The position numbers and the translations under genes are program-made. DNA of 64,000 nt from the human T2T-CHM13v2.0 reference genome, Homo sapiens: the NCBI RefSeq assembly GCF_009914755.1, contig NC_060929.1. One strand, 5' to 3'. The notes under the pieces were generated by a model that worked only from the letters and a program-made list of their open reading frames with translations, was not told where the DNA came from and did not search any database. Positions 27,491-42,940 of this stretch are shown one piece after another. Each line of letters opens with the position of its first letter. Position 1 is the first letter of the stretch.

Positions 27491-28908
27491 ACAGGCAACA
27501 CACAAGCTTAAGATGTTTCCTAGAATCCATTCCAAGTGGTTTAAATTAGTCTAAAATAAAAATAGGTGGCTTTCAGTTCCATACGTTGTTTCTGCAGAAA
27601 TAACTACTAGCCTATTATCTAGAAATAATTTTTTTTGTTTAAAAAAAGGGAGAGTTTCTTCATTTTATCTTTATGATGAATTAATAGCTGCAAACAATCT
27701 AATTAATACTATCTACAACAGGTAATTTTTAGCTAAGATTTAAGTTCCTCGTAGCTCTGAAATTTTAACTGAATTTTAGTTGAACCTTAAGAAATGTTAA
27801 CCATGACCTTAAAATAACTGCTCTATTGTAAAATTTAGAAGTCACATTCCTAATATTCCTCTCGCCTAGACTAAAAATTGTTGAAGGTCTCCTTTCACTA
27901 TCAAAGTTCAAAGATACTTGTGCCACAGTATACAAATCAGCAGATTTGAAAACTATTTATCACCTCCAAAGTAACAAAAGAGATTCCAGTTCAAGTTGAC
28001 AAAACACAAACTGGATTTAAAGTGCTGTGTTAAAAAACAAAACAAAAATACAGTTCCTTTACGGCAATTAAAATAAATGTTTCATTTTTGAAGCCATGAC
28101 ACTAAAAAGAATGAAAAACACATATAGGATAATTATTTTATAATTGTTCTTTTCATTCTAAGAACGTTGTGTTTTTCAGAGAAAGACAGCTTTCCAGCAA
28201 AAATTCATGCACAAAATACATATACTTGACAAGATGTTTCAGAGCCTACTATGTCATTTGGCTAGTCTAAATCCACTAATGTTAACTATCAACATTTTCC
28301 CAATACTATTTTTAAGTTACATCTCATTTACCTTCGTCCTTAAGAACTGCATAAGCTTGTTTTAAATATTTTAAATACTTGTCATAAACTAGAGTTTGCT
28401 AAGAGTAGAGGTACTCTGGTTAATGATCAAAATGGTGTGCCCAGAGGAAAAGCAAGCACTATTAAATATTAATGCAATCCTTATCAACACAAATTGAGCC
28501 ATTTTAATAAAAAAGCTAGTCCAAAAAAGGTTCTCATTCTATAAAGATTAAATCATTTCCAAATCACAGTGAAAGGAACTTGAGTAATTAACCAATTTTG
28601 TTTTCTACTATGTGCCTTAGAGATACCTCACTAAAATTTTGTATCTGATACAACAGAATAACATTTGCAGAATGTAATATTGTAGTGACAGTACTGAGGT
28701 TGATTGTTACAGACTATTAAATGGTTACATCTTAATTGTTTATACAGAACATTGGTCCAATAACATTAAAATAGAGAACAGCATCTGGAAATTTATCTCA
28801 TTCAATGTTCGGAGATAAAAGAGTTAAACATCCTTTCCATTATTTTCTGCAGTCAGTCCTTGTTCACAATCAAATCTGATGGCAACTACATTCTGGCATT
28901 TTCCCCAG

Positions 28909-28979
28909 CTACTGTATGAAGAGGATGCTGAAGGCCATTACTATACAGCATACTGCAACATAAGGACTCTTCCGTTCAC
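28909..28979 (-). CDS. TMEM167A: TMEM167A exon 4 coding part, (G)ERKSPYVAVCCIVMAFSILFIQ*
   Basis: Acceptor ttttttttcaacag; 71 nt; phase 1 matches exon 3; TAG stop. Confidence 0.97.
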
Positions 28980-31557
28980 CTGTTGAAAAAAAGGAGATGT
29001 TCATCTTGATTAACTGAGTGGCTAACCTGGCTATGACAAGGTTATACTACCATAAGAATCAAGATAACATTCTTCCCTAGGAGGCCCGTACACTGGGGGT
29101 GGGGCAGTGACAAAAACTAGATGCAACATAAAAAACAAGTACAATACAGAATGGGCTAAACTATTAATATATCAATTTATTTCTAAGAGGATCTTCTTTT
29201 CATATATTTAGAAAACCTCGAAAGCATCATTTCTTTGTCACTGTGTAAACTCAGACACTAAAAAATACAATGCAGAATGTAGGACAGAGATCCAAGAGAA
29301 ACGATCTCAACTCAATTGAGGCCAGAGAAATATTGTTTATTTTCTGTCTATAAAAAGAACAAAACTTCCATCCATAAAAAGACACAACAGTTTTCCTTAC
29401 TGGTAGCAATTTGTGACACTTAAAGGTACAGGGAAGGGGGAGCATTCATGGATGAAAATAAAGAGAGGATGGTCAATAAAACTGCATTTAAAAAATGGAC
29501 AAATTAAAATGCTTAATTAAAAAAATTAGAAAAACTATTTCTGAGATAGTATGCTTACTCTGGGTTAGAAAAGTAGAACTAAAACTAACCACTTCTGTAT
29601 CAGTCAATTTTTCACATGCATTTAAGGAATGCTTGTATTTGGATGCTTTCCTTTGTACGAAGTAAATCTCAAACTGGCTTGTGAATTGTCTCGCAAACAG
29701 ATAGAGATCATGTCATTGTGAGTTAACTCAAATTGATCTTATTCTTCTCTGTTCCTTCAATAACTGCAAGGCTATACTAATTCATAAAGCACCAGACATT
29801 TCTATGCTGCCATGAGGGCGGTATAAGAAAGGAAGAAGAAACTACTTCTAGAAATAATCCTGGGTATGTGCCTGGCATCCTCTAGTAGAGATGGTTTACA
29901 CTACCCTCACCTGTGCTTTTCCATGATGTTTAAAGTCAACTCTTTCTTAATGAAACTCCTTATCCCACTTAGCAAGTTAGGCAAACTACCTCTAGAAAAT
30001 GTTCATCCTGACCATCTTTATTAACTAAAATTCTCAAGGTCATTTTCATTTTTATAGCTTCCTCACTGACCTCACACTGCCATATTATTGAGTTTATGTC
30101 TTAGTGTCTGCTCATTGTTAATTTCCATAGAAAATATTATACACATACAAAAAAATAAACTTTTGGGGTTTTTCTGAAAGTATTTGTTTAATCTGTAGAC
30201 ATTTAATGGACTGCCTTCCGGCTAAAAAAAATCTAGAAAGTGAAACTGTTTTTACAATACCATCACCTCAACTGAAAATAAAAATCTTTTAAAATTAAAA
30301 AAAATCTTGGGTCACAATCTGTAAACAATGCTAATTCTCTTGGAGAAAAAAGCCCAAGTCACCAAACAAAACAAAAACAACCCCATTTGTAAATAAATTT
30401 CAGAAAGACTTCGTAAGCAAGCCTGTCACTCTTACTAGGGCTATATACCCTCATCTCATAGAGTCTTATTAAATACTTAAAAGAAATTAATACGGTCCTA
30501 AGTTTTCCATATGGTGGAAATTAATTTTTGAGGAAGTTCCCCTTTTCCTCATCCTTCAACTTAGAATGCTATCATTTACATGTGGATTTAATTTTCCTGT
30601 TTTTAATTTTCTTAAAAGAGACTGCCATGTGGTAGAGCTAAACATCTTTAGTTGAACTTGGGTTTTAATGTTACTTTTTGTCTGGTCTTAGGTCTGTATA
30701 AGTGAATGTAAAACAGTTGCTGTAATGTGATGTGTAACATGATAAGATGATTTGGCTAGGTCTTTTCCCATTAAAATTGTATCATTTCTTTGTGGATATA
30801 TTCTGTGTCAAGATAAGAGAGGAGCATATGCTTGAGAAAGCAGCATATCAGCAACATTTTCTAAGTCACTCTGCCAAAATGAAAAGCTAATGCTTTCACA
30901 GAATTGGCAAGAATGAACATTTAAAATGAACCATTCAACCTATAGCATTCATACAGTCAAGAGAGGAAAATGGAAATAATAAATAACAAGCAAAAAAAAA
31001 AAAAGGACACTAGACACTATTTATACTCAGACATAAAAATAGATCATACAACAGGAAATCATTAAGAAAGATACAAACTAGACATCTTAAACTCAGCTAT
31101 GTTCTTTTCAAGCAATAATTGTGAACAAAGGGGCTGTTTGGGCTGGCTACTAAATGGAACTGTACACACTTCTCTCATTACATAAGATGGATTTAAAATA
31201 CCTTAATATTTTCTTTATGCATTAGCAATTTAATAAAACTGAGATGAAAACGATGCCTCTTAACTCCAGACCTGCTCTTCCATTATGTTCTCTCTTTGTA
31301 CTTTACTTGAGGTATTCTTAACCACTGTTTCTTGGCCATATTCTTTCTCAGAGTAACTTGTCTCTGAAGCATGCGGTTTGGTGTGTGTATATTTATATTT
31401 ACCACTAACTACCAGTATTAACCATTGAGGATGCTATTTTGTCACTCTTTTCTTGGTTCTTTTTGAAGTGCTTAAGATTTCTCCTATTATTTCAGGGTTT
31501 GCAGTTGTTCATAACTGAGTGCCAGATAAGTCTGCACCATAAATTTCTGTAAATCTA

Positions 31558-31740
31558 GAGCAGCCCTTCTCACTCCAGTACTATGGACATTTTGAGCTTG
31601 ATAATTCTGTTGTGATGGATTCCCTGTGCATCCTAGGATGCTTAGCAACATCCCTCACCTATACCCACTACATGTCCCTGAGTCCAGCTGTGACTATCAA
31701 AGCTGTCTCTCTATTTTGTCAAATGTCCCAGAGTGGTAAC
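31558..31740 (+). mobile_element. MER20
   Basis: ggacattttgagcttgataattctgttgtg..ccctgtgcatcctaggatgcttagcaacatccct..gtcaaatgtccc. Confidence 0.75.
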
Positions 31741-32279
31741 TACTTATCTAGGGTATATCTGTGATTTTACCAGTTTAAGGTAATGATACTTATTACAAAA
31801 GAAAGACTCTTAGACCTATCACCGTAAGAGAGAACAAAGTATGACAGAACACTGAGGAAGAATAGCTGAATACGTTAAAGTCATACTTATTTCTCTGGAA
31901 GATAAAGTCTGTTTCAATAGTCATTATATCAGAATTATGGCCTTGAAACAGGCACTTTTCTATGAAGTCTTTTATGCTTATACTATCATTTGCCATAACA
32001 AGAACCTGGAAAGGCCAAAGAACCTTATGATTTCATCATCACAGATTTAGAAAGGACTTCTGGATAATTTAGTATTATGCTTACAATTTCCACCATTAAT
32101 GGGTCTTGCCTATCATTAAAAGCTTAAGGGAAGAAAACCTGCTCTCAAAATTATTTCAATGGCTAACAACATATGAACCTTATACGATGCTTTAAAGATT
32201 TGAAGACTAGTTTATGCTATAACCATCTTCAGACATATTACATCAATTCCCAGGTTTTCTCTAAAAAAATCTCTAAGTA

Positions 32280-33652
32280 CAGACATATTTCATTTTATCG
32301 TGCTTTGCAGATATTGCCCCTTTGAAAAAAAATTGAAGGTTTATGGCAACCTTGCATTGAGCAAGTCTATTGGTGCCATTTTTTAAAAACAGCATGTGCT
32401 CAATTTGTGTCTCTATGTCATATTTTGGCAATTCTCCCAATATTTCAAACTTTTTCATTATTATTGTATCTTTTATGGTGATCTGCAATCATTGATCTTT
32501 CATGGTACCATTGCAATTGTTGTGGGGCACCATGAACTGTGCTAATATAAGATGGCGAACTTATTTGATAAATGATACACCAATGATAAGAAACTACAGC
32601 AAGTTATGCAGAAACTAGCTAAGATAACTGATGAAAGTAGCTACACTAAACAATAGATTTTCAATGTAGACAAAGTGGCCTTCTATTGAAAAAGATGGCA
32701 TCTAGGAATTTCACAGCTAGAGAGGAGAAGTCAGTGCCTGGCTTCTACCGCTTCAAAGGACAGGCTGACTCATGTTAGGGGCTAATGTAGCTGGTGACTT
32801 TAAGTGGAAGTCAATGCTCATTCACCTGCTGAAAATTCTACAGCTTTTAAGAATTATGCTAAATCTGCTCTGTCTATGCTCTAGAAACAGAACAACTAAG
32901 TCTGGATGACAGCATATCTGTTTACAGCATGGTTTACCGAATACTTCAATGGAGGAAGTAACCACAGATGTGGTGAAAAGAGTAAGAGAACTTTAATTAG
33001 AAGGGGAGCCTGAAAATGTGACTGAATTACTATAATCTCATGATGAAATCGGAATGAATAACTGCTTCTTATGAGCAAAGAAAATGCTTTCTTGAGATGG
33101 AATTTACTCCTGGTGAGGATGCCATGAACATTGTTGAAATGACAACAAAGGATTTAAAATATTACATAAACTTAGTTCCTAAATCAGTGGAGGGTTTGAG
33201 AGGATTGAATCCAGTTTTGAAAGAAATTCTACTGTGGATAAAATGCTACCAAATAGCACTGCATGTTACAGAGAAATCTTTCATGAAAGGAAGAGTCAAT
33301 CCATGTGGCAAACTTCACTGCTATCTTATTTTAAGAAACTGCCAGTCACCCCAACCTTCAACAACCACCACCCTGATCAATCAGCAGCAATCAACATTGA
33401 GGCAAGACCCTCCACCAACAGAATGATTATGACTCACTAAAGGGTCAGATATAATCATCAGTGATTTTTAGCAACACGGTATTTTTCAATTAAGGTACAC
33501 ACATTGTTTTTAAAGACACACTGCTACTCCACATTTAATAGACCACTAATGTACACAAAACTTTTATATGTACCAGAAACCAAAAAAAATTGCTGACTTG
33601 CTTTATTGTGGTGGTCTGGGACTGAACATGCAGTATTTCTGAGGTATACCTG
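32280..33652 (+). mobile_element. Tigger1, internally deleted
   Basis: Starts ta|cagacatatttc..gcagatattg; ends ctgaggtatacctg; transposase remnants ttttcaatgtagac (IFNVD) and gaggatgccatgaacattgttgaaatgacaac (EDAMNIVEMTTKDL). Confidence 0.9.
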
Positions 33653-33680
33653 CATTACAAATACTCAGTTTGTATTTTTC

Positions 33681-35304
<1,624 letters not shown>

Positions 35305-35686
35305 CACAATACTCTAAAGGGAACACAGTTTATCTAATGGAGATGCCTCTTCAATTCTCCATCCTATTAAAAGGGATTAGTTGAGAGAATTTAGGCTGTT
35401 GTCAGACTGGCTAACAGTAAATGTCAAACGTAGAAAAAATATTTTTCATTATAAATGTCTAACAGCTTTATGAAAGAAAAGTAGTTAAGCATAAATTCAA
35501 AGTTAGAAGAAGAGTACTAAACAAAAGAATTTTTCTTTGGTTATACAAATGATTCCAAAGAGGACAGATAAGAAATATTCAATTTCAGTCCAAGTGGTAT
35601 ATGTACAAATGTCTGGAGTCTTTTTTTTTTTTTAATTAAAAAGGTTAAAAAAGGGTGTAATTTATTATTCAAGAATACTGATGAAT

Positions 35687-36029
<343 letters not shown>

Positions 36030-36184
36030 TCATTTGAGAGTCTACTATGTGCTGGGTACCGTGTTAAATGTTACATATACAGGGTGAATGGATAGGAGTA
36101 TATTATTAACTATAAAAACATGTATGATGCTACTAATCTCTTATCATGGAAAGTTGTAAGACAACCACATCTACCTTAACTTTA

Positions 36185-36222
36185 ATTGCTTCTTGGCCTT
36201 TTAGCTAAGATCAAGTGTAGTA
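36185..36222 (+). pseudogene. 3'-truncated U2 snRNA retrocopy (U2 nt 1-38)
   Basis: attgcttcttggccttttagctaagatcaagtgtagta versus U2 ATCGCTTCTCGGCCTTTTGGCTAAGATCAAGTGTAGTA (35/38); flanked by actttaa direct repeats. Confidence 0.9.
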
Positions 36223-36548
36223 CTTTAACTCGAGTCAAACAGTTCGGCTATGACCACATGGGTTCAATAGACAAAACAGTTAAACATTCTGTTATTTAAA
36301 TAGGGCAATAAAGTGATTATGTTCAGATAGCTGCTCAGAAAGACTTTCATTAGATGGGAATACATCCTAGTTATCAAAATGGTATACATTATACACAACA
36401 GCATGCTCTATACTTCTATACTATCAACATGTGTGCATAAAACCACATACATTTATTTCCCCCAATACCAGGAATGCATGGTATTTGATATCTAAATTAG
36501 AAAGATTTTCTGTCTCTGTGTTAATGAAGTAGCCACCAAATCTAGTTT

Positions 36549-36832
36549 TATTCTTTTTTTATTTTGAGACAGAGTCTCACTCTGTCGCCCAGGATGGGGC
36601 ACAGTGGTGTGATCTGGCTCACTGCAACCTTCGCCTCTCAGGTTCAAGAGATCCTTCTGCCTCAGCCTCCTGAGTAGCTGGGATTACAGGTGTGCATGCC
36701 CAGCTAACTTTTAGTAGAGACAGGGTTTCATCATGTTGGCCAGACTGGTCTCAAACTCCTGACCTCAGGTAATCCTCCTGCCTTGGCCTCAAAAAGTGCT
36801 GGGACTACAGGCGTGAGCCACCACGCCTGGCC
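36549..36832 (-). mobile_element. AluS
   Basis: Dimeric Alu; degenerate TSD caaatctagtttta / caaatgtggtttta. Confidence 0.93.
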
Positions 36833-37014
36833 CAAATGTGGTTTTAAATAGCATAAGGAAAAGAGCTTGGTACAACTTATAAACTTTTGCGAAAATGCAT
36901 AAAATTGGGAAGCCTGCCCTTTAAAAATTAACATTTGACTTGTGAGATTATAACCTAAGTAAATTGGTCAACAATTTACAGCTGAAGAAATGGAGGGAGA
37001 TTATAGACACTTAC

Positions 37015-37049
37015 CAATTCTGGCACACTTCCAAAATATACCCAACAAT
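37015..37049 (-). CDS. TMEM167A: TMEM167A exon 3, (G)LLGIFWKCARI(G)
   Basis: Acceptor tttttattctatgcag; donor G|gtaagt; 35 nt. Confidence 0.97.
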
Positions 37050-38354
37050 CTGCATAGAATAAAAAAAGAAAAAAAGTAGCTATTGATTACTCGGAAAGGT
37101 AAATTATTCTCTTGATATCATATAGGGAATTAATTGTATATTAACATATTAACCTTTAACACTTTGCTTCAAATTTGAAATCTCCTTATTTGATGTTGAG
37201 CCACCATTCATGTATGAAAGTAGGACACAATGACATATCAACCATCAATGTACAGAAACTGCTATGAAATGGAATATAAATAGTGTCATAGGTCAAATCC
37301 AGGGCAAATTAGTGAGAGTGGCAAAAATTTGCATAAGGGCTTACTATTCAGTTGATTTACTCTACTTTCAAAAGCAGAAAATGTATATGGCAATTTAAGC
37401 ATCAATTTTGATAAAATGTTAAATGAACATTTTTTGGTTGAATGTGACACCAAAAACACTCTTATAATAAACTTTAATTTCTTACAGAATGTAGCTCTAA
37501 AGTTAAATAATCTATAATAATGAATTCCAATGATGGTATTTACTTATCTGTGTCATTTACTAAGAAAGAATTAAAAATGTGCCTATATTTTCAATATAAG
37601 TAGAAAATCTTCTAGTTTAAAGGACACTCTATGTGAATTCACTAAATATGGCATTTAAAGCACATACTCTGGGAATAAGTATTAGAATGGAGATATATAT
37701 TTCAACTGTATGAATGAATATATTATGAATTACATATTATATGGAGTTATCACTTATTTGGCATGTATAACAAATCATCTTTAAAAAAAGACCGAATCAT
37801 CAATGAATAGAGATATCTTAAAAAATAACACTAAGGACACTACTTAGTTGGTCTGACAAAGTAAAAGAATTATAAATAGTGTCACATATGGTTGCAAATT
37901 AAGATAAATTAATATTATGTTACGTAAATTCGAATTATTATCTCAAGAAAATCAGAATACTTAAATTCCAGAAAAATTTATAGTATACTTTTTTTTTTTT
38001 TTTTACCAAAAGAGATGGCTGGCTAGTGAATCATTACATCTGAATGGGTAAGACTAACAGAAAATTCTGGTTCAGTTAAGTTCTATATATGTTCCTCCTC
38101 TGAAGTATAACTTCCTGACCTCAAAGCAAAAGGTCTCTTAGCCTATCAACCATCAATGTATAGAAACTGCTATGAACTGGAATATACATAGTTTAGATTA
38201 AATGGAATTAAGCAAAAACATGAGTTTATTTCAAAGTATGAATATTCTGACAGGCTAAACAATTTTACCATAGAAATAAAATGACAAAGCCCATATACAT
38301 TCCTGAAAATAAGCTAAAATAAAGGCCAAATTATGCTTAAATTAAATCCTACTC

Positions 38355-38490
38355 ACTGGTTGCATAACTGTGAGCAAGGTATTGTATCTCTTTAACAAAA
38401 GGACCCACCCTCAAAGGGTTGTTATGAGGATGAAATGAGTGATTACACGGAAAGTCCTTAGAATGGTGACTTAGATGTACTGTGTTCATA
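38355..38490 (+). mobile_element. MIR fragment
   Basis: cctcaaagggttgttatgaggatgaaatgag..ggaaagtccttagaatggtgac. Confidence 0.6.
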
Positions 38491-39340
38491 TATAGGCTAA
38501 GGATACATGTGATAACTCTAGGTATCACTTAAAATTGGCTAACATTTCTTCATCAAACAATGGAATAGGTTAGGCATTTGCAAAGCCATGGCTCCTTCAT
38601 TCTAGAACCCACTGAAAACCACAAGATCACAAACTCAAGGTCTTTTTGGGTCTAATATTCTAGAAGTAACAAAATATCATTAAGAAACTGGTACAACAGG
38701 ATTAACATATTAACAGCTTTTATAAATGAGTAAAGAACCCTAACTTGGTAACTCAGAGACTTAGCAGCACCACTTTGGTTTTTTCCACATATTTCTCTAC
38801 CTAGATATATTTCTGTAATACCCCAATTTTACTTACACATGCACACACACACACACACGAACCCTGTTAGTTGATTTAAAAAATGTAATTACGTTGCTTA
38901 GTTATTATGGCTAAATACCAATAAGTATATTTGCTGATAATGCTATCAGGTCTATGAAACCAGGATAAAGACCATGTAGTAATCTTTTTTTCTGCTGCTT
39001 AGTTCTATATTATTTGAAGTAGCAAAAACTGAAGTTATTTTAAACAGTGAGTCATCAAGAACTTGCTTTATCCAATCTGTCTAGATATCTCCACCTAAGC
39101 ATGGTATATATTCTCAGTATAATAAAAGATTACGAGTCTCATAAAAACATGTAATTTTAACAGAAAGAGACTAGGCCTATAAAATTTTCTATACAAAATA
39201 ATTCTTAGTTATAAATCAACATAAAATGGTGCTTAACACGTATATAAGTAGAAATAAAGGTTTTAAAAAAAGCTTTCAAACAGTTGACTGTATTAGTACA
39301 TATTTTAAAATGTAAAAATAGGCATGCTCTTTTTGGTCTT

Positions 39341-39474
39341 TTATGTTGGAGAAATATACTACCACTCAACCTTTACTAGAAGGTTGGCAGCCCTGAGAAC
39401 TCCTTTGTTAATGTAGCATGTTATGAACATATTCCTGCTCCCAAGGAATGAGAAGCAGACATTTCCACATGCAA
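39341..39474 (-). ncRNA. SCARNA18: H/ACA scaRNA SCARNA18 (U109) in TMEM167A intron 2
   Basis: 134 nt, TTGCATGTGGAAATG..CTCCAACATAA; H box ACATTA (39414-39409); ACA 3 nt from the 3' end (39346-39344); two hairpins; matches recalled U109 sequence and host gene. Confidence 0.93.
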
Positions 39475-40144
39475 CCTACTTGCTTTTGAAGAAGAATTTT
39501 CGTGATAGCATAGGGAAAGTATTCTACTACTATGTAATTATTCTTTAATGAGATAAACACTTAAATATCTTAGATGGACATTATGCATTATATTAGAATT
39601 CCAATAAAGTCATCAATAGGAATAAGTGTTTACTAGAGTCTACCATATGCTTTAATTCTAAGTTTACAGTTGGCGGGTACAGAAGGGAAAGATACAATGA
39701 AACTGTCTACTTGGATAGAAAGACTTCATGCACAGCCAAGCAACAAATAACGTAATTTCAACAAATGGGTGAATACTGAAGAATAAATTCAACAGGACTT
39801 TACTGAAAAAGGTGGAATGAAGAGAAGACAGTGTCTACAAGGAGATGGAGTATTATCATAAAAACTGATGGACAACTAACATCTATTTTCACCTTCAGTA
39901 GGTTAAATCCCTCATGCGATTTTTTACTCTTAACACATTTTAGGTCACTTCTGAAATTTACCTTTTAATTTAGTAAGATATTGTGAATATAAAGTTTTTG
40001 AATTTTTAACAGGAAGAAAATGAAAAAAGTTATTATAAAACCAAATTACATGTAGGAATTAAATTATCTAATAATTTATATGTTAACTTACATTGAACAT
40101 CTGTAAGAACTAATTTGGGTGATTAGACATCATTAGTAACATAC

Positions 40145-40254
40145 CCAGTTTTATTTCTGTCCAGGAGGCTGGGTGCCAAGGATCGAATATAAGCACAGGT
40201 ACATATAAGCAGCAAGATTACAGTCAATAGACTCTGAAAATTGAAAATGGCAGA
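40145..40254 (-). CDS. TMEM167A: TMEM167A exon 2, [36 protein letters not shown](G)
   Basis: Long polypyrimidine tract plus ttttag acceptor; donor GG|gtatgt; 110 nt. Confidence 0.97.
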
Positions 40255-40677
40255 CTAAAAAGAAAAAAAAAAAAGAAAAATTAATATCAAGAAAAACTGC
40301 ATAGGTAAAAAATGTTTGACAATTCCACATTTAGAGTCATGTTTTTATTTCTTCAAGAAGGCAAGCAGAATGACAAGTCTGGCAACACTTAAAACCAGAA
40401 TCTTGAGGTCTTCTACAGTCTTCAAGCTCTGCCAATAGCTGGTTTTATGGCCTTAGCAGAATTACTAGCTTTTCTAAGTCTTTGGCTGGGCGGAGAATGG
40501 GCAGACAGACTTAAATGCTAGCTAAGTTTCTTTTAATTCTGAATTTTTTAAGGATAAACATCCTTTAAATTTAAGCTATAATTTTCCATGAGTTGACAAA
40601 TACTAGGCTAATAGATTTTGGAGAAAGAAAGCAAGCACCTGTACTTTCACTGTTGGATTTTTAAAAGTTATTCATTA

Positions 40678-40899
40678 CAGGTTGAACATCCCTAATCCAA
40701 AATCCAAAATGTTCCAAAATCAGAATTTTTTGAGTGCCAAAATGATGCTAAAAAAAAAATGTTCATTGGAGCATTTTGGATTTCTGATTAGAGATGCTCA
40801 ACGAGTAAGTATAATGCAATTATTCCAAAATCCCACCAAAAATTTGAAATCCAAAACACTCCTGGCTCCAAGCATTTTGGAAAAAAGATACTTAGCTTG
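40678..40899. mobile_element. Tigger4a (Zombi/MER46A-like)
   Basis: ta|caggttgaacatccctaatccaaaatcc..ccaagcattttgg..gatacttagcttg|ta. Confidence 0.8.
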
Positions 40900-41389
40900 T
40901 ATTTAATAGTTTGAGTCTTATTCCAAAGTTAAAATTTAACACAAGAGTCATAAGAAACCATAAGTTTCATAAGTTTCCACAGTCAAACAAAATCATAGGT
41001 TTCCAGTTAAAGTAAATGGAGGTGGACTTATTCTATTCAAAATTCAGCTCTAGCATCACCTTTTTAAGGAAGTTTCCTTGAATCCATCTGCCTCCCTTCT
41101 CTTATTTTATGTAGAACTCTCTTTTCTAGTCTCATAGCAAACTGTTACCTTTATTATAATATTCATTTCTGAAGGGTAGACATTGTTATCAGATTATCAG
41201 ACTCTGAATCTCCAGCACCAATCATATGCCTGTCTCACACTAGAAGCCCAATAAGAGAGAGTTGAAAAAAATAAAATGAAATTAAGAAAGTGCAAGAATA
41301 TTACTGTGTATATATAACAAAGAATAACATTTTCATCATATACAGGGAGATAAAATATGTCAATCTCACACAACAGCCAGCAATATGCT

Positions 41390-42400
41390 TGTTTAGTAAA
41401 CTTAGAGGCACCTTCTAAAAAACAAACAAAAAAATCAGGAATGAAACAAAGAATGACTCATGAGAAAACTTAGTTACACAAAATTGGTACTTGCGGCTGA
41501 GTGCTTACTTGAAAAGTCCTAAAGAATTTAGTGAAAAACAGTTATAGATCTTAAGGAAATTGAGTAAGGTGGCTGGGTACATAATTAAAATATATAAATC
41601 AATAGCCTTCATAATCATATTATCATTCAGGAGAAAGACAATGGAAAAAAGATAGCATCCAGAACGAACAGCTAAAATATCTAGGAATAAGCTTAACAAG
41701 AAATGTGCAACATTGGCATCAAAGAAAAAAACTGACAAAATCTTAAAACATATGGAAGAACATAAAAGTAGAAGAGACTGTTGCTATGGTTTAGAAATGG
41801 TTTTTCATCCCTACCAAAGCTCAGATTGAAATTTGATCCCCAGTAAGGTAGTGTTGGGAAGTGGGGCCTAGTGGGAGGTGTTTGGGTTTGGGGACGGGGT
41901 GGTGGGGGGTAGATCTCCCATGAATGTCAGGGTGCTCTTCTCATTAGTGAGATCTCACAAGACTGGATTAGTTTTCCAAGAAATGAATTCGTTCCGGAGA
42001 GAGCACGTTGTTATAAAGCCATGATGCTCCTCCCTCCTTTTCACCAGGTCTGTTTCCCCTTTGACCTTCTCAGCCATGTTGTGATGCAACATAAAAGCCC
42101 TTCCCAGGAGGGCCAAGCCCTACTACTCTTAGCCTGCACAACTGAGAGCTAAGTGACCCTTTTTTCTTAACCAATTACCCAATTTCAGTTTTTTTTTAAA
42201 TAGCAACATAACATGGATTAAGAAACCTGGTATGCCAGATTTTTATATTGGAAGGCAACATTGTAAAGACAACCTATAAATTTAAAGTGAACCCAATACC
42301 AACAAGTTATCTTTTAAACAGACAACTAATTCTGAAGTTCATATGGAAAAAATAAGGCAAGAATAGCCAGGAGAATCTTAAAAACAAAAAAAAAAATGGA
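41390..42400 (+). mobile_element. Old L1M ORF2 fragment interrupted by an MST LTR
   Basis: gagtaaggtggctgggtacataattaa..aaatcaatagcc..ctaggaataagcttaac; resumes ctaattctgaagttcatatggaaaa..caagaatagcca. Confidence 0.6.
41781..42225 (+). mobile_element. MSTB-type MaLR solo LTR
   Basis: tgctatggtttag..gaaatttgatcccca..ggggcctagtgggaggtgtttggg..atagcaacataacatggattaaga. Confidence 0.85.
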
Positions 42401-42618
42401 CACTAGAAACTGTTCCAATGTCATTTGAATCTTTTCTATATTTTTATGATAAATACATGCAAACTACTGAAAAAATTAAAAAACTATATACATTATTTAC
42501 CAATATTCTCAAGGACAAAAAGTGCTTATGCACAATGCTAAGCAGTAGGCAAAAGGGGATCAAAGATTTCAGACAGCACATCTTAAGGTATGTAAACTTT
42601 TATGCAAAGAAAGTGTGA

Positions 42619-42940
<322 letters not shown>

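Larger units (their letters stand above)
24670..28908 (-). other. TMEM167A: TMEM167A long 3' UTR (distal end approximate)
   Basis: Follows the TAG at 28911-28909; minus-strand AATAAA at 26863-26868 and 24691-24696; the distal end is inferred from recall of a ~4-kb UTR. Confidence 0.55.

Noticed and set aside
33097-33440. 109-aa and 68-aa ORFs
   Set aside because: Frameshifted Tigger1 transposase remnants
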